Shown: positions 17,952 through 28,274, counted from the first letter of the stretch. The stretch is DNA of 64,000 nucleotides from Lachnospiraceae bacterium (GCA_017483735.1 JAFUVF010000004.1:3186-67185); one strand, 5' to 3'. Notes: generated from the letters alone by a model not told the origin. Translations and numbers: made by a program.

Positions 17952-17985
17952 AAAAAAGCACCCGCCGAACAAAGCAGGTGCTTTC
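17952..17985 (-). terminator. rho-independent terminator after ribU
   Basis: On the minus strand, AAAGCACC...GGTGCTTT (8-bp stem) is followed by a T-run. Confidence 0.5.
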
Positions 17986-18044
17986 AGTCATAGATATTCT
18001 AATATAATTCCCGCAAAAAAGCAAGAGCGATATTTGCGCCCCGG

Positions 18045-18659
18045 CTATCCGTTCTGACGCTTTAATATGGGGCTTAAGGGTTTATAGATAAACATTGTAA
18101 CCAGACTCACAAGACCGCCCTTTACGAAATTAAGGGGGGCCACGCATGCTGCCACAAAGCTTAAAACGCTGTCTCCTATAAGGGGATTTACCGCCGCTCC
18201 CATGGCAATTATTGCAGATAAGTCCATTCCGTACATCTCGGCAAATTTGGGAAGCAGATATACCGCATTAAAGAACGCTCCGAAAACCGCCATTACCAGA
18301 GTTCCTGCAACGCAGCCTATGACCGCCTGCTTTTTGGTCTTCTTAAGCCCGTAAATTACTCCCGCAGGGACTATGAGGCTGCAGCCCACTGCAAAATTTG
18401 CTATCTCCCCCACAAATTTCGTGGAGGTTCCCTTGATTACCACCTTGAGCAGAACCTTCACAAGCTCAATCAGCACCCCTGCCAGAGGTCCGTATGCAAA
18501 TGCGCCTATAAGCGCAGGAAGCTCCGAAAAATCAATTTTGTAAAAGGAAGGTGCAAAGGGAATCGGAATGTCAAACAGCATAAGTATCGTTGCTATCGCA
18601 GAAAGCATACCGACGGACACTACCATTCTGGTAGTAAGAGCAGAATCATTGTTTTTCAT
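18045..18659 (-). CDS. ribU: ECF transporter S component, riboflavin transporter RibU
   Basis: Multi-TM protein of about 204 aa with RibU-like segments (FSELPALIGAFAYGP). An FMN riboswitch lies directly upstream. I chose the start at the second ATG (18659), which follows AAAGGAG; the ORF track extends it to 18674. Confidence 0.8.
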   Translation of the reverse strand: MKNNDSALTTRMVVSVGMLSAIATILMLFDIPIPFAPSFYKIDFSELPALIGAFAYGPLAGVLIELVKVLLKVVIKGTSTKFVGEIANFAVGCSLIVPAGVIYGLKKTKKQAVIGCVAGTLVMAVFGAFFNAVYLLPKFAEMYGMDLSAIIAMGAAVNPLIGDSVLSFVAACVAPLNFVKGGLVSLVTMFIYKPLSPILKRQNG

Positions 18660-18671
18660 ATTTTCTCCTTT

Positions 18672-18778
18672 CATCCGGACTGTTACCGTTGGTACCGGAA
18701 TCGCACCGGTTCAGCCTCTCGGCGGGCGGACTTTACCGCCAGTGGGGATTTGCACCCCGCCCTGAAGATATCTGTTAC
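18672..18778 (-). promoter_or_regulatory. FMN riboswitch (RFN element)
   Basis: The minus strand reads CTTCAGGGCGGGGTGCAAATCCCCACTGGCGGTAAAGTCCGCCCGCC...GGTGCGATTCCGGTACCAACGGTAACAGTCCGGATGAAAGGAG. This matches the conserved RFN core, and its 3' arm runs into the ribU SD. Confidence 0.9.
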
Positions 18779-18784
18779 ATTGTC

Positions 18785-18813
18785 AATATACACACAGGGT
18801 GTTTTGATGTCAA
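18785..18813 (-). promoter_or_regulatory. sigma-70 promoter of the FMN riboswitch-ribU unit (TTGACA-17-TATATT)
   Basis: On the minus strand, TTGACA (18808-18813) is followed by a 17-nt spacer and TATATT (18785-18790). This is immediately upstream of the riboswitch. Confidence 0.7.
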
Positions 18814-18936
18814 GAGCTATTGCATTTTCCGCAATTATATGCTACTATTTATGTGTATATCTATGTATGCATTTCGTATTGCATATATTGTGATTTAAGG
18901 ATAACGGATTCATTACACGGATGTAAGGAGGTTTGT

Positions 18937-19713
18937 ATGAGCGGAGTATCAGGAATCAACAGCAGTTACAGCGCATATTCCAATTACAGCGCAGCGCTTT
19001 CCAGCGGCAAAAAGATAAACAGCGCCGCCGACGGTGCCAGCGAGCTTGCCATCCTTGAAAAGGAGGATCGTCAGGTAAGGGGAACCGATGCCGGCACGGA
19101 GAATATGCAGGACGCAAAAAGCGCCATCAATATTGCCGACGGTGCTTTGGATGGCATAACGGATCAGCTCCAGCGTATGCGTGAGCTTGGCATAAAGGCA
19201 ATGAACGGGCTGCTTACCGATGATGACAGACAGTATATCCAGAACGAGATAGACCAGCTTAAGCAGGGCATCGCTGATGTTGCCAAGAATGCCACCTTCA
19301 ATGAGAAGCATCTTCTTGACGGCAGCGAGGAGAATTTCAACATAATGTCCGATGCCAACGGCACGACCCGTAATATGGCCAATGTGAACGGAACCCTTGA
19401 AGCATTGGGTATTGCTGATTTCGATGTGACCAGCGGAAATTTCGATCTCGGTGCTATCGACAACGCTTTAAAGACCGTAAGTCAGGGGCGTTCCACTCTC
19501 GGTGCGCAGAGCAATGCATTTGACCATGCGATAAGCTACAACAATATCGTATCCTACAATACCGTTGCCTCCCAGAGCAGAATGGGCGACACAGAGTACG
19601 GCGAGTACGTGAGCAAGCTTCAGAAGGAAAATATTTTAAATACCTATCAGGTCATGATGCAGAAGAAACGTATGGAGGATGAGCAGACCAAGGCTCACAA
19701 TATCTTCTCATAA
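18937..19713 (+). CDS. divergent short flagellin-like protein
   Basis: 258 aa from the ATG that follows AAGGAGG. The N-terminal block KINSAADGASELAILEKEDRQVRG...AINIADGALDGITDQLQRMRELGIKA and the C-terminal block GRSTLGAQSNAFDHAISYNN...ENILNTYQVMMQ align with flagellin D0/D1 helices. The canonical termini (MRINHN..., ...LSLLR) are absent. Confidence 0.65.
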   Translation: MSGVSGINSSYSAYSNYSAALSSGKKINSAADGASELAILEKEDRQVRGTDAGTENMQDAKSAINIADGALDGITDQLQRMRELGIKAMNGLLTDDDRQYIQNEIDQLKQGIADVAKNATFNEKHLLDGSEENFNIMSDANGTTRNMANVNGTLEALGIADFDVTSGNFDLGAIDNALKTVSQGRSTLGAQSNAFDHAISYNNIVSYNTVASQSRMGDTEYGEYVSKLQKENILNTYQVMMQKKRMEDEQTKAHNIFS

Positions 19714-20112
19714 ATGGATTTCAGTACAGCGGCCTACAATAATAATTCTCCCGACAGCGGAGGCAGATACAGCAGCGGAATGGCTGTCGCCTCCCTGATA
19801 ACGGGGCTTCTGTCCATCCTTATGTGCTGCACCGGATTTTTATCCATAATATTCGGTGCATTGGGCATAATATTTGCAGCACTTTCAAGAGGACGGGACA
19901 GGCGGTTTTTGGGAACGGCTGTTGCCGGGCTTATCACAGGGCTTTGCGGTCTTGTGCTCGGCATTTCCCTCACGGCATTCTCTTTCGTTTTTATGAACCG
20001 TGTAATGGAGGATCCCTCTATGAGAGAACAGCTTGATCCGATGTTTGAACAGACATACGGTATGAGCTTTGAAGAACTGATGGAACAGTTCGGATATACC
20101 TTTGACGACTGA
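19714..20112 (+). CDS. DUF4190-like small membrane protein
   Basis: 132 aa with two Gly/Leu-rich TM helices (GMAVASLITGLLSILMCC, GLITGLCGLVLGISL). The ATG directly abuts the flagellin-like stop. Confidence 0.6.
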   Translation: MDFSTAAYNNNSPDSGGRYSSGMAVASLITGLLSILMCCTGFLSIIFGALGIIFAALSRGRDRRFLGTAVAGLITGLCGLVLGISLTAFSFVFMNRVMEDPSMREQLDPMFEQTYGMSFEELMEQFGYTFDD

Positions 20113-20130
20113 AGGAACAGGTGAACGTCT

Positions 20131-20706
20131 ATGGGAATAGGAGCAATAGGAAATTCTTATTTTAATACAGGCATCCGGTTCGGTACGGCACAGGCAGCAG
20201 ATCCCGTACAGGAACGTCAGGAGCGGGAGCGCAAGGATCAGCTCGGCATAGAGAAGACTCCTGTAGAAAAGGCAAAGATGACTCCTGCCGAAAAGGACAA
20301 GGAGCATGAACGCAAGGAGCGGCTGGGCATAGATGACAAGGAGGAAACCTTAGCCGAAAAGCGTGCCAACTGTGAAACCTGCAAGCGCAGGAAGTATCAG
20401 GACGGCTCCGATGAGATGGTTTCTTTCAAGAGTGCGGCTCATGTTTCTCCCACTCAGGCTGGGGCGGCAGTCAGAGCCCACGAGCAGGAGCATGTGTCAA
20501 ATGCCTACAAAAAGGCCTTCGAAGAGGGCGGAAGGGTGCTTCGTGCATCGGTAACCATTCACACAGCCGTATGCCCCGAATGCGGGCGTACCTATGTTTC
20601 CGGCGGAACCACCCACACCTGCATAGCATCCCCCAAGGATACACCTGAGAAGGCACAGCATGCAGCAGATGCATATGCACAGTTTTCCGGAGCGAGAGCG
20701 GTTTAA
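20131..20706 (+). CDS. SprA-related / putative metalloprotease CJM1_0395-family protein
   Basis: 191 aa with CETCKRRKYQDGSDEMVSFK...AVRAHEQEHV and a second CPECG pair. This pattern is characteristic of the SprA-related family, recalled from memory. Confidence 0.55.
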   Translation: MGIGAIGNSYFNTGIRFGTAQAADPVQERQERERKDQLGIEKTPVEKAKMTPAEKDKEHERKERLGIDDKEETLAEKRANCETCKRRKYQDGSDEMVSFKSAAHVSPTQAGAAVRAHEQEHVSNAYKKAFEEGGRVLRASVTIHTAVCPECGRTYVSGGTTHTCIASPKDTPEKAQHAADAYAQFSGARAV

Positions 20707-21404
20707 TGAATTTCAGATCATCAGCGGAATTAAAGGACGAGGCAAGGGAGCTGCTTATTGGAAAATATGGCAGCTTCTTTGTAATTATAATGATAGTGAT
20801 GGCGGCGAATCTGCTTCTCGCCGCTCCGGCAAGATATATCGGTTCTTATCTAATATCCTTTCTGTTTACTATGCTGGCATCCGTGCTGCTAGGCGTTTTC
20901 AAGCCGGGGCTCTGCCTCTTCTTTCTGAATATCGCCTGTGACAGAAAGCCTCTCACTTCCGATATTTATTATGCCTTTAACAAAAGCAACCTCAAAAAGA
21001 GCCTGCTTTTGTCCTTTTATGTTGTTTTTCCGGAAATGATTCTTATGATTCCATATGGGATATTGGGCTATATGGCGGATAGGGCTTCAAGCGTTCCCCT
21101 TATGCTTGCGGCCTATGGCACTCTCGCAATAGGAGAGCTCATATACCTCCCCTACTCGCTTTTCGCTTCTCAGGCGTTTTATCTTATGCTGGATTTTCCA
21201 AGCCTTGACGCATTTGAGCTTGTAGCCTTAAGCTTTAAGAGAATGAGAGGGCATGCAGCCAGACTTTTGCTGCTTCGCTTAAGCTTTATTCCCATGTATC
21301 TTCTGGGAATATGCTCCATGGGACTTGGCTTTGTATGGATACTTGCATATGTAAATATGGCGAATGCACTATTCTTTATGGATTTGATGAAAAATCCGGC
21401 CTAA
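20706..21404 (+). CDS. DUF975-family integral membrane protein
   Basis: 232 aa, multi-TM, with an N-terminus (SAELKDEARELLIGKYGSFF) typical of DUF975. Its start overlaps the preceding stop (TAATG). Confidence 0.6.
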   Translation: MNFRSSAELKDEARELLIGKYGSFFVIIMIVMAANLLLAAPARYIGSYLISFLFTMLASVLLGVFKPGLCLFFLNIACDRKPLTSDIYYAFNKSNLKKSLLLSFYVVFPEMILMIPYGILGYMADRASSVPLMLAAYGTLAIGELIYLPYSLFASQAFYLMLDFPSLDAFELVALSFKRMRGHAARLLLLRLSFIPMYLLGICSMGLGFVWILAYVNMANALFFMDLMKNPA

Positions 21405-22525
21405 TTCTCCGATTTAACCTTATTAGATGCACTCCACTTAAGATAGCCTATAATAAACGGGTCAATGGCTCCATCTAAAACTGCATCCGCATTGGCGTTC
21501 TCCACATCCGTCCGAAGATCCTTGACCAGCTTGTAGGGCTGCAAAAAATATGAGCGTATCTGGTTTCCCCAGGCTATATCCTTAATCTCTCCCCTGATAT
21601 CCGAAAGCTTTTCTACATTTGCCTCCTTCTTAAGCATATACAGCTTGGTCTTCAGCATCTGCATGGCCTTGTCCTTGTTCTGGAACTGGCTTCTTTCGTT
21701 CTGGCACTGCACAACAACCCCCGTGGGAATATGGGTTATTCGCACTGCAGAGGAGGTCTTGTTTATATGCTGACCACCGGCACCGCTGGAGCGGTATGTG
21801 TCGATTCGCAAATCCTTATCATCAATCTCCACATCAAGGTCATCCTCTATATCCGGCATAACATCCAGCGACACAAAGGAGGTCTGCCTTTTGCCCTGTG
21901 CATTAAAGGGGGATATGCGCACAAGTCTGTGGACACCCTTTTCCGACTTTAAAAAGCCATAGGCATTCGTACCGTTTATCTGAAACTCCACGGACTTTAT
22001 GCCCGCCTCGTCTCCGTCATGGAAATCCAGAACATCTATGGAAAAGCCCTTTCTTTCAGCCCATCTGGTGTACATTCTGTAGAGCATCTGGCACCAGTCA
22101 CAGCTCTCTGTTCCGCCGGCTCCGGCATTCAGGGTAAGTATAGCATTTTTGCCGTCATATTCATCGGACAATAATGTACCTATGCGAAGGGCGTCAAACT
22201 CCTCCTTGAAGCTCTCATACTCTTCCTTTATCTCATTTACCATAGCTTCATCATTTTCTTCGTTTCCCATCTCGATTAAGGTAAAGAGATCCTCGTACTG
22301 TGCGGAGAGCTTATTCATCTCGTCCACGGTATCCTTGAGATTCTTAAGCTCCTTCATCTTGAGATTAGCCTTGTCGGCATCATCCCAGAAGCCGGGAGAC
22401 TCCATATCCATAGAAAGCTCCTCTATGCGGCGTTCCTTATTCTCCAAATCAAGAGACTCCCGCACTTCCTTAAGAGGAGTTTCATATGTAGTTAATTCGT
22501 ATTTTATATTATCTAATTCTACCAT
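21401..22525 (-). CDS. prfB: peptide chain release factor 2 (uninterrupted reading frame)
   Basis: 374 aa with the SPF tripeptide (RISPFNAQG) and the GGQ motif (SGAGGQHINK). There is no in-frame stop at the usual frameshift position. The start overlaps the secA stop (TAATG). Confidence 0.95.
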   Translation of the reverse strand: MVELDNIKYELTTYETPLKEVRESLDLENKERRIEELSMDMESPGFWDDADKANLKMKELKNLKDTVDEMNKLSAQYEDLFTLIEMGNEENDEAMVNEIKEEYESFKEEFDALRIGTLLSDEYDGKNAILTLNAGAGGTESCDWCQMLYRMYTRWAERKGFSIDVLDFHDGDEAGIKSVEFQINGTNAYGFLKSEKGVHRLVRISPFNAQGKRQTSFVSLDVMPDIEDDLDVEIDDKDLRIDTYRSSGAGGQHINKTSSAVRITHIPTGVVVQCQNERSQFQNKDKAMQMLKTKLYMLKKEANVEKLSDIRGEIKDIAWGNQIRSYFLQPYKLVKDLRTDVENANADAVLDGAIDPFIIGYLKWSASNKVKSEN

Positions 22526-25089
22526 TATTTCTTACCATGACAATTCTTATACTTCTTACCGCTTCCGCAGGGGCAGGGGTCGTTGGGATATATCTTCGCA
22601 TTCTCCCGCTTTACGGGGCCTCTTGCCGCAGAATCATCCTTGTTTGTGCCCGTGGCAACCGCCACCTGCTCTCTCTCAACCTTCTGCTCAACCCTCACAT
22701 GAAGCAGGAGCCTTACTGTATCCTCCTTGATGTTCTGGCTCATCTCATCGAACATCTCGTATCCGGTCATCCTGTATTCAACCAGAGGGTCTCTCTGACC
22801 GTAGGACTGCAGGCCTATGCCCTGACGAAGCTGCTCCATATCGTCGATGTGATCCATCCACTTTCTGTCGATTACCTTTAAAAGGATCACTCTTTCAAGC
22901 TCTCTTACCGCCTCGGATGAGGGGAACTCTGTTTCCTTGTTCTCATAGAGCTTTACCGCCTCCTCCTTTAGCTGCTGGATAAGGGCGGATTTCTTTTCCT
23001 TCTGTATGCGGCTCTTTGTCACAGGCAGCAAGGGCACAATGGGAATAAGAAGCTGATTAAGCTCATTCAAATCCCAGTCCTCATATGCGGTATCATCCCC
23101 GATTACGGTATTTACAGAGGATTCCACTATATCCGTTATCATCTTGTAGATATAGTCGCGCATGCTCTCCCCGTCCAGTACCTTCCTGCGCTCGCCGTAT
23201 ATTATCTGCCTCTGCTCACTCATAACATTGTCATATTCAAGCAGATTCTTTCTTATTGCAAAGTTATTGTTCTCTATCTTCTTCTGTGCGGTCTCTATGG
23301 ATCTGGTAAGCGATTTATGCTCTATCTCCTGTCCTTCCGGCACTCCAAGGGCGTTAAATATGGATATGAGCCTCTCCGAGCCGAACAGTCTCATCAAGTC
23401 ATCCTGCAGCGATATGTAGAACTTACTTTCGCCGGGGTCTCCCTGACGTCCCGAACGACCTCTCAGCTGATTGTCGATACGTCTGGACTCATGCCTCTCC
23501 GTGCCGATTATCTTAAGTCCTCCTGCTGCCTTTGCCTCATCATCCAGCTTGATATCAGTACCACGCCCCGCCATATTGGTGGCTATGGTAACCGCTCCGT
23601 GGATACCTGCATCCGCTACAATCTCCGCCTCCAGCTCATGGAACTTCGCATTCAATACCTTATGCTGCACTCCCACTCTTGTGAGCATCTTGGAAAGCTC
23701 CTCCGATGCCTCTATGGTAATCGTGCCCACTAACACAGGCTGTCCCTTTTCGTGCGCCTCGCACACCGCATCCACAATGGCGTTCAGCTTTTCATTCCTC
23801 GTCTTATATACCGCATCCTGCAAATCCTTACGGATAACGGGCATATTTGTGGGTATCTCCACCACGTCCATCCCGTATATCTCTCTGAACTCCGACTCCT
23901 CGGTAAGCGCCGTACCTGTCATACCGCATTTCTTTCCGAAGAGGTTGAAAAAGTTCTGGAAGGTAATGGTAGCAAGGGTCTTGCTCTCCCTCTTTACCTT
24001 CACATGCTCCTTGGCCTCTATAGCCTGATGAAGTCCGTCGGAATACCTTCTTCCCGGCATTATACGTCCCGTAAATTCGTCGACTATAAGCACCTGATCG
24101 TCCTTTACCACATAATCCTTGTCCCTGAACATCAGATTGTGCGCCCTCAAGGCAAGAATTATATTGTGCTGTATTTCAAGATTGTCCGCATCCGCAAAGT
24201 TGTCTATGTGGAAGAATTTCTCCACCTTCTCCACCCCGGCGGTGGTAAGGTTTATGACCTTATCCTTCTCATTTACTATAAAGTCCCCGGTCTCCTCCTG
24301 CACTATTCCCATTATGGCATCCATCTTGCTCATCTCGGGAATATCCTCTCCGCGGTGCATCTGTCTTGCAAGCACATCGCAGGCTTCATAGAGCGCCGTA
24401 CTCTTTCCGCTCTGTCCTGATATGATAAGAGGAGTTCTCGCCTCGTCGATAAGCACCGAGTCCACCTCGTCGATTATGCAGTAGTGAAGGTCTCTTAGTA
24501 CAAGCTGCTCCTTGTATATAACCATGTTATCTCTGAGGTAATCAAAGCCCAGCTCATTGTTTGTCACATACGTGATATCGCAGTTATACGCCTCTCTCCT
24601 CTCCTCAGGAGTCATGGAGTTTAGCACCACGCCCACGGAAAGTCCTAGGAATCTGTGAATCTGTCCCATCCATTCCGCATCACGCTTTGCAAGATAATCG
24701 TTTACCGTAACGATATGTACGCCCTTGCCCTCCAATGCATTTAAGTATGCGGGAAGAGTGGAAACGAGGGTTTTACCTTCTCCTGTTCTCATCTCGGCGA
24801 TTCTGCCCTGATGAAGGATTATTCCTCCGATAAGCTGTACCCTGTAGTGCTCCATGTCAAGAGCTCTTTTAGCGGCCTCACGCACTGTAGCGAAAGCCTC
24901 GGGAAGAAGGTCATCCAAGGTTTCCCCATCCTTAAAGCGCTTTTTGTATTCGTCCGTCTTTGCACGCAGCTCATCATTCGACAGAGCCTGCATAGACTCC
25001 CTCAGGCTCTCTATCTTCTCAACCAGAGGCTCTATTCTCTTTAGCTCTCTTGTGCTGTGTGTCCCGAATATCTTTTCCGTAAGCTTCAT
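22525..25089 (-). CDS. secA: preprotein translocase ATPase SecA
   Basis: 854 aa with Walker [13 protein letters not shown]-like DEVDS and the C-terminal zinc finger [14 protein letters not shown]. Confidence 0.97.
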   Translation of the reverse strand: MKLTEKIFGTHSTRELKRIEPLVEKIESLRESMQALSNDELRAKTDEYKKRFKDGETLDDLLPEAFATVREAAKRALDMEHYRVQLIGGIILHQGRIAEMRTGEGKTLVSTLPAYLNALEGKGVHIVTVNDYLAKRDAEWMGQIHRFLGLSVGVVLNSMTPEERREAYNCDITYVTNNELGFDYLRDNMVIYKEQLVLRDLHYCIIDEVDSVLIDEARTPLIISGQSGKSTALYEACDVLARQMHRGEDIPEMSKMDAIMGIVQEETGDFIVNEKDKVINLTTAGVEKVEKFFHIDNFADADNLEIQHNIILALRAHNLMFRDKDYVVKDDQVLIVDEFTGRIMPGRRYSDGLHQAIEAKEHVKVKRESKTLATITFQNFFNLFGKKCGMTGTALTEESEFREIYGMDVVEIPTNMPVIRKDLQDAVYKTRNEKLNAIVDAVCEAHEKGQPVLVGTITIEASEELSKMLTRVGVQHKVLNAKFHELEAEIVADAGIHGAVTIATNMAGRGTDIKLDDEAKAAGGLKIIGTERHESRRIDNQLRGRSGRQGDPGESKFYISLQDDLMRLFGSERLISIFNALGVPEGQEIEHKSLTRSIETAQKKIENNNFAIRKNLLEYDNVMSEQRQIIYGERRKVLDGESMRDYIYKMITDIVESSVNTVIGDDTAYEDWDLNELNQLLIPIVPLLPVTKSRIQKEKKSALIQQLKEEAVKLYENKETEFPSSEAVRELERVILLKVIDRKWMDHIDDMEQLRQGIGLQSYGQRDPLVEYRMTGYEMFDEMSQNIKEDTVRLLLHVRVEQKVEREQVAVATGTNKDDSAARGPVKRENAKIYPNDPCPCGSGKKYKNCHGKK

Positions 25090-25129
25090 TGTGAAATCCT
25101 CTTAATATTGACAATATCAAAGTATAATA

Positions 25130-26254
25130 CTAACACAAACCCTTTAAATAGTCCATAAAATTATCTTTGTTTTCCCTTGCAGTGGTGGTGGGACGCCCCA
25201 GATCATCTCTCGCCCCGATACCGCATTTAACCTCTATTAAACGCAAGCCCTTTTCAGCCTTCGCCCTTTCAAGCTCTCTGTCAAGAGCATCATAAGCATC
25301 CACCGATACTGCATATTTGTAGCCGCAGCCTTCGGCAATCTTTATGACATCCATGCTCCCGGCAACTGTTGGCATCCCGCCCACAGTCTCATGCGCTCCG
25401 TTATTTATAACAATATGGACGAGATTGTCCGGATTCACGCTTCCTATTACACCCAGAGCTCCCATATGCATGAGCATGGCTCCGTCTCCGTCAATGCACC
25501 ATATCCTTGTATCCGGCTTATTTATAGCAATTCCCAGCGCTATGGATGAGGAATGTCCCATAGAACCCACAGTCAGGAAATCATACTTATGACTTTTACC
25601 TCTGGCTTCTCTTATCTCAAAGAGCTCCCTGCTTGCCTTTCCTGTGGTGGATACAATAGGCTCCTCCCCTGCTGCGGTCTCGATATGCCTGATTATCTCC
25701 TCTCTCACAAGCGGACAACCGTTCTCATACTTTACCTTTTCGTCATAGGACAGCGCACCCTTCTTTACCACAAATGCCACGTCCTTTTTGTCCGAAAGCA
25801 AAGCCTTAAAGCGTTCCATTGCCTTCCTTAAATCATTTTCGCCGGTGTCCTTATCGATAACATATGCTTCTATTCCCATATCCTCAAGAAGCTTCAATGT
25901 AACCTCTCCCTGATATATGTGCTGGGGTTCGTCGTGTACTCCCGGCTCCCCTCTCCAGCCGATTATAAATATCATAGGAATACCGTAGACCTTTTCATTC
26001 AGAAGGGAGGCTACCGGATTTATGATATTTCCCTCGCCCGAATTCTGCATATACACTACGGGGACCTTTCCTGTGGCAAGATGATATCCTGCCGCAAGCC
26101 CCACACAGTTCCCCTCGTTTGCGGCGATTAAATGATGTTTTTTGTCTATCCCATATGTGTTTATGAGATAATTGCATAACGCCTTCAACTGGGAATCGGG
26201 AACTCCCGTATAAAAATCCGCACCGATTATCCCGACAAGCTCTTCAACCTTCAT
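25130..26254 (-). CDS. aepY: phosphonopyruvate decarboxylase
   Basis: 374 aa ThDP enzyme (GDGAMLMHMG...NNGAHE) with a Ppd-like N-terminus (GADFYTGVPDSQLK). It lies in a cluster with PEP mutase. Confidence 0.85.
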   Translation of the reverse strand: MKVEELVGIIGADFYTGVPDSQLKALCNYLINTYGIDKKHHLIAANEGNCVGLAAGYHLATGKVPVVYMQNSGEGNIINPVASLLNEKVYGIPMIFIIGWRGEPGVHDEPQHIYQGEVTLKLLEDMGIEAYVIDKDTGENDLRKAMERFKALLSDKKDVAFVVKKGALSYDEKVKYENGCPLVREEIIRHIETAAGEEPIVSTTGKASRELFEIREARGKSHKYDFLTVGSMGHSSSIALGIAINKPDTRIWCIDGDGAMLMHMGALGVIGSVNPDNLVHIVINNGAHETVGGMPTVAGSMDVIKIAEGCGYKYAVSVDAYDALDRELERAKAEKGLRLIEVKCGIGARDDLGRPTTTARENKDNFMDYLKGLC

Positions 26255-26973
26255 CCGAATCTATCCTCCACTGTCTTTAATTCATCCACTGTATCTATCT
26301 CAACAATTTGTTCTCCGCTTACCGGATTTATCCGCAGCTTAAGCCTGTCCAGATTGGCATCCACCACCTCATCCCAATACAGGTTTTCATGTCCCGGCCT
26401 TTTGTATGCAGCCCTTATTGCCTCTGAAAGGATTTTTGCATCATCCTTTGTAAAATAGGATACTCCAACCATATTGTAGGTGTCTGTGCCGCCCTTGCCC
26501 ACACGGGTAATCATCCCTTCATTATCAAGCTCAAACACCCAGTCGTCGGAATAGCCCTCCGTGAATCTCCCATAGTAGCAGGAGCCTTCAAGCGCCGCAT
26601 CAAATATGGAGGCGTCCCTTATATACAAATCCGCCTCACAGATAAAACAGGGACACTCCCCCATAATATCCGTTGCCGCATATATGGAGGAGATATTATT
26701 TTTTACTTCGTATTCCGTATTCTCTATGAGACTTAAGTTATCGTATTTTTCCTTCAGTACCTCAAAGGCTTCCTTCTTGTAGCCCACCACAACATATATA
26801 TGGGATACGTCTCTTTTTAGAAGCCCCTCGATAACAGTCTCTATCATTGGCTTCCCAAGTACCGGCACCATGGGCTTGGGAAGCTTTTTGGTAAGCGGCG
26901 CCATTCGGCTTCCGAAGCCCGCCGCCATAAGTATTGCAATTTCCTTTTCTTTTTCCATATCCTTAAAGCTCAT
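26251..26973 (-). CDS. LicC-like nucleotidyl(cytidylyl)transferase (candidate phosphonate-activating PntC-type enzyme)
   Basis: 240 aa with LMAAGFGSRMAPLTKKLPKPMV and LYWDEVV, which align well with S. pneumoniae LicC recalled from memory. Confidence 0.7.
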   Translation of the reverse strand: MSFKDMEKEKEIAILMAAGFGSRMAPLTKKLPKPMVPVLGKPMIETVIEGLLKRDVSHIYVVVGYKKEAFEVLKEKYDNLSLIENTEYEVKNNISSIYAATDIMGECPCFICEADLYIRDASIFDAALEGSCYYGRFTEGYSDDWVFELDNEGMITRVGKGGTDTYNMVGVSYFTKDDAKILSEAIRAAYKRPGHENLYWDEVVDANLDRLKLRINPVSGEQIVEIDTVDELKTVEDRFG

Positions 26974-28258
26974 CGATAAGACTTATAATTTCCTTAAAGG
27001 GCATAAGCATTTTGTCTGCTTCCAACGCCCTGTGACTTTTAAGTATCGTCTCCGCAGTCTGCTTCATTGCAGGGAATGCCGCCCTCATAAGCTGGTTTGC
27101 ATATATTACCACATTTATTCCGTGGCCTATAAGCTCATCCTCTGTCACGGAATTAAAGGAGGTAGGCACTACGACAATTGGCGTCTTTTTGTCCTCTTTT
27201 CTGAAGGTATCACAGAATTCAAAGATTTCTGCGGGATCCTTTTTTCTTGAATGAATCATAATGCCGTCCGCACCGGCCTTTACATAGCTTCTCGCACGGT
27301 TAAGCGCATCCTCCATTCCCTTCTCTAAGATAAGGCTCTCTATTCTGGCAATTATCATAAAATCATCCGTAAGCTGCGCCTTTTTCCCCGCACTTATCTT
27401 GGCGCAGAAGTTCTCTATGGAATCCTGTGTCTGCTCCACCTCCGTTCCAAAGAGGGAATTCTTTTTAAGTCCGGTCTTGTCCTCTATTATCACGGCGGAA
27501 ACACCTGTCCTCTCGAGGGTGCGCACATTATACACGAAATGCTCTGTAAGACCGCCCGTATCCCCGTCAAGTATAATGGGCTTTGTGGTAACCTCCATAA
27601 TATCATCTATGGTTCGGAGTCTTGATGTCATATCCACAAGCTCTATATCGGGCTTTCCCCTGTCGGTGGAATCACAGAGACTCGACACCCACATCCCGTC
27701 GAACTGATCCAGCTTCCCGTCGCCCTCAACGACAGTTTTTTCCACTATGAGTCCGGTAAGCCCGCTGTGCGCCTCCATAACCTTTACGATGGGGCAGAGC
27801 TCTATAAGCTGCTTAAGTCTCTTTCTGCGGTACTCCGGCATCGAAAGCTTTTCCTTAAGCTGGTCGTCCACCTTTTTTACATTTTCATTGTAGGTATAGC
27901 CGACCTCGACAAGCTCTCCGCCGTAGCTTTTAAGCCCTTCTATCACTCTCCCTCTTATGGAGCTTTCAGGACCGTTTTTCCAATTGTCCCCATGAAGTAT
28001 GTAATCCGGCTTAAGCTCGCTAAGGATATCTGAGTAGTTCATATCGTTCTGAACTATTACCTCGTCAACACCTTCGGTCTCCCTGTATACTTTAATTCTC
28101 TCCTCCAGAGGCAGAGTGGGAAATTTGTTGTATCTGACAAGCGCCTCGTCGGAAAGAGCCCCCACAATGACTTTGCCGTATTTCTTTGCATTGTTTATAA
28201 TATTCAGATGTCCCTCATGTATGACATCGGTACAAAAACAGGTATATGCCGTCTTCAT
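26963..28258 (-). CDS. aepX: fusion of a TagD-like cytidylyltransferase domain with phosphoenolpyruvate mutase
   Basis: 431 aa. The N-terminal ~130 aa carry the HxGH motif (DVIHEGHLNIINNAKKYG). The remainder is an isocitrate-lyase/PEP-mutase fold (GVSAVIIEDKTGLKKNSLFG). Confidence 0.85.
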   Translation of the reverse strand: MKTAYTCFCTDVIHEGHLNIINNAKKYGKVIVGALSDEALVRYNKFPTLPLEERIKVYRETEGVDEVIVQNDMNYSDILSELKPDYILHGDNWKNGPESSIRGRVIEGLKSYGGELVEVGYTYNENVKKVDDQLKEKLSMPEYRRKRLKQLIELCPIVKVMEAHSGLTGLIVEKTVVEGDGKLDQFDGMWVSSLCDSTDRGKPDIELVDMTSRLRTIDDIMEVTTKPIILDGDTGGLTEHFVYNVRTLERTGVSAVIIEDKTGLKKNSLFGTEVEQTQDSIENFCAKISAGKKAQLTDDFMIIARIESLILEKGMEDALNRARSYVKAGADGIMIHSRKKDPAEIFEFCDTFRKEDKKTPIVVVPTSFNSVTEDELIGHGINVVIYANQLMRAAFPAMKQTAETILKSHRALEADKMLMPFKEIISLIDEL

Positions 28259-28274
28259 AAAACACCCCTTTTAA

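Noticed and set aside
18820-18936. The 39-codon N-terminal extension of the flagellin-like ORF in the ORF track.
   Set aside because: The extension is AT-rich and hydrophobic or Cys-rich nonsense with no RBS. The internal ATG at 18937 has a perfect AAGGAGG, and the flagellin homology starts there.
22537-24420. Multiple 85-222-aa ORFs antisense to secA. Similar antisense ORFs lie in uxaA, uxaB, GH28 (48584-49507), the permease (39451-40134), the pectinesterase (32444-33184) and amylosucrase.
   Set aside because: They are entirely nested antisense within confidently identified genes. They have no RBS and no recognisable motifs.
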